In this document: piece after piece, positions 7,216 to 12,708 of the stretch
Numbering within the stretch: the first letter of the stretch is position 1
Layout of the letters: each line of letters begins with the position of its first letter
IMG/VR virus record: IMGVR_UViG_2548876945_000010
Coordinates: 1-12,708 of that record
Reading direction: 5' to 3' (one strand)
Length of the DNA: 12,708 nt
Source of the DNA: a virus
Taxonomy: Duplodnaviria > Heunggongvirae > Uroviricota > Caudoviricetes
Notes under the pieces: generated by a model
Told to the model about the DNA's origin: nothing
Seen by the model: only the letters and a program-made list of their open reading frames with translations
Database searches by the model: none
Made by a program: the position numbers and the translations under genes

Positions 7216-8250
7216 TCAGCCGTTGTCAGTGTCCAGTGAGTAGTTTTTAAAGCGGATGACCTCCTGACCGAGCCAGCCGTTTATCTCGCGGATCCTGTCC
7301 TGTAACGGGATAAGCTCATTGCGGACAAAGACCTTTGCCACTTTCTCAATATCACCCAGCGACCCGACGTTCTCCGGCTTGCCGCCCATCAACTGAAAGG
7401 GGATGCGGTGCGCGTCCAGCAGGTCAGCGGCGCTGGCTTTTTTGATATTAAAAAAATCGTCCTTCGTTGCCACTTCACTGAGCGGGATAATTTTAATGCC
7501 GTCGGCTTTTCCCTGCGGGGCATAGAGAAACAGATTTTTAAAGTTGTTGCGGCCTTTCGACTTGACCATGTTTTCGCGAAGCATTTCGATATCGTTGCGA
7601 TCCTGCACGGCATCAGTGACGTACATGATGTATCCGGCATGTGCGCCGTTTTCGTAATACTTGCGGCGGAACAGCGTGGCTGACTCATTCAGCCAGGCAG
7701 AGTTAAGGGCGCTGAGATATTCCGGCATGCCGTACAGCTCCTGATTAATATCCGGCTCCAGCAGATGAAACACGGAGCCGGGCGCGAAAGGTGTCGGCTC
7801 GTTGAAGGACGGCACCCACCAGTAAACATCCTCCTCCACGCCACGGCGGGTATATTTTGCCGGTGAGGTTTCCAGTCTGATGACCTTACCGGTGGTGCTG
7901 TAACGCTTTTCCAGAAACGCATTACCGAACACCAGAAAATCCAGCGCAAAGCGGCTGAAATCCTGCTGGGAAAGCCACGGATGCGGGATAAATGTCGAGG
8001 CCAGAATATTACGTTTGACGTAAATCGGTGAGCTGTGATGCACGGCAGCACGCAGGCTTTTTGCCAGACCGGTAAAGCTGACCGGTGGCTCATACCATCT
8101 GCCGTTACTGATGCACTCGACGTAATCCAGAATGTCACGGCGGTCGAGTACCGGCACCGGCTCGCCAAAGGTGAATGCTTCCATTTTCGGGGCGTTGGCG
8201 GTCATTTTTTTTGCCGCAGGTTGCGGTGTTTTCCCTTTTTTCTTGCTCAT
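7216..8250 (-). CDS. Q: portal protein (P2 gpQ-like)
   Basis: 344-aa ORF, ATG at 8250..8248 with GGAG upstream, stop 7218..7216. Length equals P2 Q and it sits next to cos and the terminase gene; its start overlaps the P stop (TGATG). Confidence 0.9.
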   Translation of the reverse strand: MSKKKGKTPQPAAKKMTANAPKMEAFTFGEPVPVLDRRDILDYVECISNGRWYEPPVSFTGLAKSLRAAVHHSSPIYVKRNILASTFIPHPWLSQQDFSRFALDFLVFGNAFLEKRYSTTGKVIRLETSPAKYTRRGVEEDVYWWVPSFNEPTPFAPGSVFHLLEPDINQELYGMPEYLSALNSAWLNESATLFRRKYYENGAHAGYIMYVTDAVQDRNDIEMLRENMVKSKGRNNFKNLFLYAPQGKADGIKIIPLSEVATKDDFFNIKKASAADLLDAHRIPFQLMGGKPENVGSLGDIEKVAKVFVRNELIPLQDRIREINGWLGQEVIRFKNYSLDTDNG

Positions 8251-9311
8251 CAGTAAAACTCCAGAATGGTGGATGTCAGCGGGGTGCTGATACCGGCGGT
8301 GAGTGGCTCATTTAACAGGGCGTGCATGGTCGCCCAGGCGAGGTCGGCGTGGCTGGCTTCCTCGCTGCGGCTGGCCTCATAGGTGGCGCTGCGCCCGCTG
8401 CTGGTCATGGTCTTGCGGATAGCCATAAACGAGCTGGTGATGTCGGTGGCGCTGACGTCATATTCCAGACAGCCACGGCGGATAACGTCTTTTGCCTTGA
8501 GCACCATTGCGGTTTTCATTTCCGGCGTGTAGCGGATATCACGCGCGGCGGGATAGAACGAGCGCACGAGCTGGAACACGCCGACACCGAGGCCGGTGGC
8601 ATCAATACCGATGTATTCGACGTTATATTTTTCGGTGAGTTTGCGGATGGATTCCGCCTGGGTGGCAAAGTCCATACCTTTCCACTGGTGACGCTCAAGT
8701 ATTCTGAATTTGCCACCGGCCACCACCGGCGGTGCCAGTACCACGCATCCGGCGCTGTCGCCACGGTGTGACGGGTCGTAACCAATCCATACCGGTCGGG
8801 AGCCGAACGGATTTGCGGCAAACGGCGCATAGTCTTCCCATTCTTCCAGCGTGTCGACCATGCAGCGTTGCAGCTCCTCGAACGGGAATACCGATGCCTT
8901 GTCATCAACAAATTCACACATGAACAGGTTTTTAAAATCGTCGGCGCTGTTTTCGCGTTTAAGCTGCTCAATGTCGAACAATGTGCAGCCACCTTTCAGG
9001 GCGTCCTCAATGGTGACAATCTGCCGCCACTGGCCGTCCGCACAGAGAAGACCTCCGGCAAGGGCGTTATGACTGACGTCGATTTCCACGCGTTCGGCGG
9101 CGCTGGCGCGTCCCCGGTTGAACAGTTCACCTGACCAGAACGGGTAGGCGTCGTGCGCCAGCGTGGACGGGGTGGAGAAATAGGTCGAGCGCAGGTGACT
9201 CTGTGAGGCCATACCTGATGCCACCTTACGCAGTACCTGAAAAGCCGCGCTGCATCGTGAGTCAAATCTGATGAAGACCTTTGCGCTACAGGGCGACACG
9301 CTTGACGCCAT
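8250..9311 (-). CDS. P: terminase large subunit (P2 gpP-like), C-terminal portion only; N-terminal ATPase region apparently missing
   Basis: 353-aa ORF directly upstream of and coupled to Q. Contains VWIGYDPSHRGDSAGCVVL, like the start of a terminase nuclease domain; no Walker A (GxxxxGKT/S) is present. P2 P is about 590 aa as I recall, and the first ~15-20 codons of this ORF overlap the X gene on the opposite strand so are probably not P-derived. Confidence 0.6.
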   Translation of the reverse strand: MASSVSPCSAKVFIRFDSRCSAAFQVLRKVASGMASQSHLRSTYFSTPSTLAHDAYPFWSGELFNRGRASAAERVEIDVSHNALAGGLLCADGQWRQIVTIEDALKGGCTLFDIEQLKRENSADDFKNLFMCEFVDDKASVFPFEELQRCMVDTLEEWEDYAPFAANPFGSRPVWIGYDPSHRGDSAGCVVLAPPVVAGGKFRILERHQWKGMDFATQAESIRKLTEKYNVEYIGIDATGLGVGVFQLVRSFYPAARDIRYTPEMKTAMVLKAKDVIRRGCLEYDVSATDITSSFMAIRKTMTSSGRSATYEASRSEEASHADLAWATMHALLNEPLTAGISTPLTSTILEFY

Positions 9312-9474
9312 TTGTGTCCGGTATTACGGGCGCACTGAGGGCGTGGTTGAGACCGTGCTCGCCGCAAATCCGGGACTGGCTGAACTGGGTGCGGTGCTGC
9401 CACACGGCACCGCCGTCGAACTGCCCGACGTTCAGACCGCGCCCGTGGCTGAAACTGTCAATCTGTGGGAGTAA
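9271..9474 (+). CDS. X: tail protein X (P2 gpX-like, LysM-like)
   Basis: 67 aa, MKTFALQGDTLDAICVRYYGRTEGVVETVLAANPGL..., matching P2 X in length and sequence as recalled; immediately precedes the holin. Confidence 0.8.
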   Translation: MKTFALQGDTLDAICVRYYGRTEGVVETVLAANPGLAELGAVLPHGTAVELPDVQTAPVAETVNLWE

Positions 9475-9477
9475 CGC

Positions 9478-9759
9478 ATGACAGCAGAAGAAAAAAGCGT
9501 CCTGTCGCTTTTCATGATTGGGGTGCTGATTGTTGTCGGCAAGGTGCTTGCCGGTGGTGAACCCATCACCCCGCGTCTGTTTATCGGGCGCATGTTGCTC
9601 GGTGGTTTTGTCTCGATGGTTGCCGGTGTTGTTCTGGTGCAGTTTCCTGACCTGTCACTGCCTGCGGTGTGCGGTATCGGCTCCATGCTGGGTATCGCCG
9701 GTTATCAGGTGATTGAGATTGCCATTCAGCGCCGCTTTAAGGGTAGGGGGAAACCGTAA
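9478..9759 (+). CDS. Y: holin (P2 gpY-like)
   Basis: 93 aa with hydrophobic transmembrane segments (LSLFMIGVLIVVGKVLAGG, LLGGFVSMVAGVVLV, GIGSMLGIAGY) and a charged C-terminal tail; stop overlaps the K start (TAATG). Confidence 0.8.
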   Translation: MTAEEKSVLSLFMIGVLIVVGKVLAGGEPITPRLFIGRMLLGGFVSMVAGVVLVQFPDLSLPAVCGIGSMLGIAGYQVIEIAIQRRFKGRGKP

Positions 9760-10256
9760 TGCCGGTTATTAACACGCATCAGAATATCGCCGCCTTTCTC
9801 GACATGCTGGCCGTGTCCGAAGGGACGGCAAACCATCCGCTGACGAAAAACCGGGGCTATGACGTGATAGTCACCGGACTGGACGGGAAGCCGGAAATTT
9901 TCACCGACTACAGTGACCACCCGTTCGCACATGGCCGACCGGCGAAGGTGTTTAACCGTCGCGGTGAAAAATCCACGGCCTCCGGTCGCTATCAGCAGCT
10001 TTACCTGTTCTGGCCGCATTACCGCAAACAGCTTGCCCTGCCGGATTTCAGTCCGTTGTCACAGGACAGACTTGCCATTCAGTTGATCCGCGAACGCGGT
10101 GCACTGGATGACATCCGGGCGGGACGCATTGAGCGAGCCATTTCACGCTGTCGCAATATCTGGGCGTCCCTGCCGGGTGCCGGTTACGGTCAGCGTGAGC
10201 ATTCACTGGAAAAACTGGTCACCGTCTGGCGTACCGCTGGCGGCGTACCGGCTTAA
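9759..10256 (+). CDS. K: endolysin (P2 gpK, lambda R-like lytic transglycosylase/lysozyme)
   Basis: 165 aa; FLDMLAVSEGT...GYDVIV...FTDYSDHP...SGRYQ...GALDDIRAGRIERAISRCRNIWASLPGAGYGQ closely parallels lambda R (FLDMLAWSEGTD...IWASLPGAGYGQ) as I recall it. Confidence 0.9.
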   Translation: MPVINTHQNIAAFLDMLAVSEGTANHPLTKNRGYDVIVTGLDGKPEIFTDYSDHPFAHGRPAKVFNRRGEKSTASGRYQQLYLFWPHYRKQLALPDFSPLSQDRLAIQLIRERGALDDIRAGRIERAISRCRNIWASLPGAGYGQREHSLEKLVTVWRTAGGVPA

Positions 10257-10270
10257 ACGGAGTAAACACC

Positions 10271-10696
10271 ATGAAGAAATTATCCCTTTCACTGATGCTG
10301 AACGTGTCGCTGGCGCTGATGCTGGCACTGTCCCTGATTTACCCGCAGAGCGTGGCCGTCAATTTTGTCGCCGCCTGGGCGATTCTGGCGACGGTTATCT
10401 GTGTGGTTGCCGGTGGTGTCGGCGTGTATGCCACTGAGTATGTGCTGGAACGCTACGGGCGGGAGCTGCCGCCGGAATCGCTGGCCGTGAAGATTGTCAC
10501 GTCGCTGTTTTTGCAGCCGGTGCCGTGGCGCAGACGGGCGGTGGCTCTGGTGGTGATGGTGGCGACGTTTATCTCGCTGGTCGCTGCCGGGTGGATTTTT
10601 ACCGCGCTGATTTATCTCGTGGCGTCGGTGTTCTTCCGGCTGATACGTACGGCCTGCCGTCAGCGTTTTGAGGGGCGGGAACCATGTCAAAGCTGA
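10271..10696 (+). CDS. lysA: LysA-like membrane protein (lysis timing)
   Basis: 141 aa with several hydrophobic helices; position and length match P2 lysA. Confidence 0.7.
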   Translation: MKKLSLSLMLNVSLALMLALSLIYPQSVAVNFVAAWAILATVICVVAGGVGVYATEYVLERYGRELPPESLAVKIVTSLFLQPVPWRRRAVALVVMVATFISLVAAGWIFTALIYLVASVFFRLIRTACRQRFEGREPCQS

Positions 10697-11109
10697 TGAT
10701 TGTGATGGTTGTGCTGTTATCGCTGGCGGTGGCGGGGCTGTTTCTGGTGAAGCATGAAAACGCCAGCCTGCGCGCCTCGCTGGACAGGGCGAACAACGTC
10801 GCCAGCGGGCAGCAGACGACCATCACCATGCTGCAAAATCAGCTTCATGTTGCCATCACCAGGGCAGACAAAAACGAGCTGGCGCAGGTGGCACTGCGTC
10901 AGGAACTGGAGAACGCCGCGAAGCGTGAAGCACAGCGCGAGAAAACCATCACGAGGTTACTTAATGAAAACGAAGATTTTCGCCGCTGGTACGGTGCTGA
11001 CCTGCCTGATGCTGTGCGCCGGTTGCACCAGCGCCCCGCCTGCACTGACGCCAGTGATTGTCGCCAACGCCTGCCCGAAAGTGAGCCTTTGCCCGATGCC
11101 GGGCAGTGA
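10684..11109 (+). CDS. lysB: LysB, Rz-like inner-membrane spanin
   Basis: 141 aa; N-terminal TM helix (LMIVMVVLLSLAVAGLFLV) followed by a charged, predicted coiled-coil region; contains the embedded +1-frame lysC gene. Confidence 0.75.
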   Translation: MSKLMIVMVVLLSLAVAGLFLVKHENASLRASLDRANNVASGQQTTITMLQNQLHVAITRADKNELAQVALRQELENAAKREAQREKTITRLLNENEDFRRWYGADLPDAVRRLHQRPACTDASDCRQRLPESEPLPDAGQ

Positions 11110-11152
11110 CCCGCAGACGAACGGCGATTTAAGTGCCGATAAGCGGAATTAA
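10964..11152 (+). CDS. lysC: LysC, Rz1-like outer-membrane lipoprotein spanin
   Basis: 62-aa ORF starting inside lysB in another frame; signal peptide plus lipobox (MKTKIFAAGTVLTCLMLCAGC) and a Pro-rich mature part. Confidence 0.7.
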   Translation: MKTKIFAAGTVLTCLMLCAGCTSAPPALTPVIVANACPKVSLCPMPGSDPQTNGDLSADKRN

Positions 11153-11414
11153 AACGGCCAGCGTGACGGCTTCTGATTCTGTTACTGCCACGGTGCCGGT
11201 GGTCATGGTGAAAGCATCAACCCGCGTCACCCTGGACACACCGGAGGTGGTCTGCACCAACAGGCTGATTACCGGCACGCTGGAAGTGCAGAAGGGCGGG
11301 ACGATGCGCGGCAACATTGAACACACCGGCGGTGAACTCTCATCAAACGGTAAGGTACTGCATACCCATAAACACCCCGGTGACAGTGGCGGCACAACAG
11401 GGGGACCTCTATGA
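11153..11414 (+). pseudogene. V: remnant of baseplate spike gene V (C-terminal fragment only)
   Basis: Only about 260 bp separate lysC from W, where P2 has R, S and V (about 1.5 kb). The ORF ends ...NGKVLHTHKHPGDSGGTTGGPL, which I tentatively recognise as a gpV-type His-rich C-terminal apex, and its stop overlaps the W start (ATGA). Confidence 0.4.
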
Positions 11415-11758
11415 CAGCGCGTTATCTCGGAATGAATCGCAGTGATGGCCTGACTGTCACTGACCTTGAGCATATCAGCCAGAGTATCGGCGATATCCTG
11501 CGCACACCGGTCGGCTCACGGGTGATGCGTCGTGATTACGGCTCGTTGCTGGCGTCAATGATTGACCAGCCGCAGACCCCGGCGCTTGAGTTGCAGATTA
11601 AAGTCGCCTGTTACATGGCAGTGCTGAAATGGGAACCCCGCGTCACCCTGTCATCCGTCACCACGGCGCGCAGTTTTGACGGGCGAATGACGGTCACGTT
11701 AACCGGCCAGCACAACGACACCGGCCAGCCACTTTCGTTAACCATCCCTGTGAGTTGA
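11411..11758 (+). CDS. W: baseplate wedge protein W (gp25-like)
   Basis: 115 aa (same as P2 W), MTARYLGMNRSDGLTVTDLEHISQSIGDILRTPVGSRVMRRDYGS..., a GPW/gp25-family pattern. Confidence 0.85.
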   Translation: MTARYLGMNRSDGLTVTDLEHISQSIGDILRTPVGSRVMRRDYGSLLASMIDQPQTPALELQIKVACYMAVLKWEPRVTLSSVTTARSFDGRMTVTLTGQHNDTGQPLSLTIPVS

Positions 11759-11762
11759 AACC

Positions 11763-11897
11763 ATGCCGATTATCGACCTGAACCAGCTACCCGCACCGGA
11801 TGTGGTCGAGGAGCTGGACTTTGAAACCATTCTTGCTGAACGCAAGGCGACACTGATTTCCCTTTACCGAATACAGCGTCGTGACCGGAGGCTCTGA
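11763..11897 (+). pseudogene. J: baseplate protein J, internally deleted/truncated (44 codons)
   Basis: ATG 11763 encodes MPIIDLNQLPAPDVVEELDFETILAERKATLISLY... (J-like N-terminus) but stops at 11895..11897, overlapping the I start (TGATG); P2 J is about 302 aa as recalled. Below the ORF-track length cutoff, found by reading. Confidence 0.5.
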
Positions 11898-12508
11898 TGA
11901 GTGATTCGCGACTGCTGCCGACCGGCTCATCACCGCTTGAAGTCGCTGCCGCAAAAGCCTGTGCGGAAATTGAAAAAACGCCGGTCAGTATTCGTGAGCC
12001 GTGGAACCCGGACACCTGCCCGGCAAATCTGCTGCCGTGGCTGGCGTGGTCATTTTCGGTTGACCGCTGGGATGATAAGTGGCCGGAAGCGACAAAACGC
12101 GCTGTTATCCGCGATGCGTATTTCATTCACTGCCATAAGGGCACTATAGGCGCAATCCGGCGTGTGGTGGAGCCGCTCGGCTATCTGATTGAGGTGAGGG
12201 AGTGGTGGCAGCTCAACGAGGAGCCGGGGACGTTCCGGATCGTTGTTGGCGTGCTTGAGCAGGGTATTACCGAGGAAATGTATCAGGAGCTGGAGCGCCT
12301 CGTTGCTGATGCAAAACCGGCAAGCCGCCATCTGACGGGACTGGCTATCAGTTTAAGTACAACCGGCAACATTTTTGCCGGTGCGGAATGCTATCACGGT
12401 GACGCCCTGACGGTTTATCCCTACACCCCGGAGGCCATTATTGTCGGAGGGGATTATTTCCCGGCCTCGGCCATTCATTTAATTGATAACCTGAGAGTAA
12501 ACGCATGA
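11897..12508 (+). CDS. I: baseplate assembly protein I
   Basis: 203-aa ORF, MSDSRLLPTGSSPLEVAAAKACAEIEKTPVSIREPWNPDTCPANLLPWLAWSFSVDRWDD..., in the P2 I position; stop overlaps the H start (ATGA). Confidence 0.8.
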   Translation: MSDSRLLPTGSSPLEVAAAKACAEIEKTPVSIREPWNPDTCPANLLPWLAWSFSVDRWDDKWPEATKRAVIRDAYFIHCHKGTIGAIRRVVEPLGYLIEVREWWQLNEEPGTFRIVVGVLEQGITEEMYQELERLVADAKPASRHLTGLAISLSTTGNIFAGAECYHGDALTVYPYTPEAIIVGGDYFPASAIHLIDNLRVNA

Positions 12509-12708
12509 CAGTGAAATACTACGCCATTCTGACTAATCAGGGCGCAGCACGGCTGGCTAACGCGACGATGCTCGGCAGTAAGCTGAATCTGACGCAAATG
12601 GCCGTTGGTGATGCGAATGGTGTCTTGCCGACACCAGACCCGGCACAGACAAAACTGATTAACCAGAAACGCATCGCGCTGAACCGCCCCGGGAATCCTG
12701 GAGACTAA
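12505..12708 (+). CDS. H: tail fibre protein H, N-terminal segment only (ORF stops after 67 codons at the window end)
   Basis: N-terminus ...TQMAVGDANGVLPTPDPAQTKLI resembles the conserved tail-fibre N-terminal domain (P2 H ...TTMAVGDGGGKLPVPDAGQTGLI). P2 H is about 669 aa, but here a TAA at 12706..12708 ends the frame. Confidence 0.6.
   Translation: MTVKYYAILTNQGAARLANATMLGSKLNLTQMAVGDANGVLPTPDPAQTKLINQKRIALNRPGNPGD

Larger units (their letters stand above)
1..12708. mobile_element. P2-like prophage segment (integration/immunity, replication, cos, partial head-packaging, lysis, partial baseplate/fibre modules); apparently defective
   Basis: Gene order int-C-cox-B-A-[cargo]-cos-Q-P-X-Y-K-lysA-lysB-lysC-W-J-I-H matches P2 as I recall it; the 19-nt P2 cos sequence is at 7028..7046; lengths of Q (344), X (67), Y (93), K (165), LysA (141), LysB (141), W (115) and C (99) match recalled P2 values. 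Confidence 0.85.

Noticed and set aside
7389-8168. ORFs 7389..7688 (-), 7408..7683 (+) and 7689..8168 (-) overlapping portal gene Q
   Set aside because: Alternative frames within Q; Cys/Arg/Ser-rich compositions typical of spurious ORFs in GC-rich coding DNA.
8322-9403. ORFs 8322..8771 (+), 8516..8992 (-), 8732..8923 (+), 8851..9072 (+), 8868..9134 (+), 8996..9403 (-) overlapping the terminase fragment
   Set aside because: All overlap the P-like ORF in other frames or on the opposite strand, with low-complexity Arg/Ala/Gly-rich translations; judged frame artefacts.
9281-10019. ORFs 9281..9481 (+), 9432..9686 (-), 9530..9712 (+), 9726..10019 (-) overlapping X, Y and K
   Set aside because: Alternative frames of well-supported lysis genes; no independent evidence.
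10099-10829. ORFs 10099..10437 (+), 10289..10690 (-) and 10599..10829 (-) overlapping K/lysA/lysB
   Set aside because: Arg/His-rich low-complexity translations antisense or off-frame to lysA; spurious.
11129-12331. ORFs 11129..11473 (-), 11770..12126 (-), 11901..12149 (+), 12050..12331 (-) overlapping the V remnant, W and I
   Set aside because: Overlap better-supported baseplate ORFs in other frames or strands; no motifs.
1-12708. Search for tRNA genes, CRISPR arrays, IS elements or att core repeats
   Set aside because: No cloverleaf-like tRNA candidates, no regularly spaced direct repeats, and no terminal inverted repeats or transposase ORFs were seen. The window begins at the int stop codon, so any att site would lie outside it.

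Overview
This window is a P2-family (Peduovirus-like) temperate phage segment of enterobacterial type, running in canonical prophage order: integrase and C repressor on the minus strand, then the rightward early operon (cox, small early genes, B-like, TraR/DksA zinc finger, rolling-circle initiator A). After A comes an AT-rich single-gene cargo island, then the cos site, portal Q and a partial terminase P on the minus strand, then X, holin Y, endolysin K, LysA/LysB/LysC and the baseplate/fibre genes on the plus strand. The most interesting feature is the AT-rich cargo gene (5883..6812) sitting where P2 carries tin/old, a known anti-phage hotspot; it has an N-terminal HHxxxQxYLKxF motif that I recall as typical of DUF4238. 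If that recall is right, it is a known but mechanistically uncharacterised defence candidate rather than a wholly new system. Compared with my recollection of P2 gene order and protein lengths, the element also looks defective: the N-terminal part of P plus O, N, M, L are missing, as are R, S and most of V; J is reduced to a 44-aa ORF and H stops at 67 aa. All homology calls are from reading the translations and from memory of P2/lambda proteins; no searches were run.
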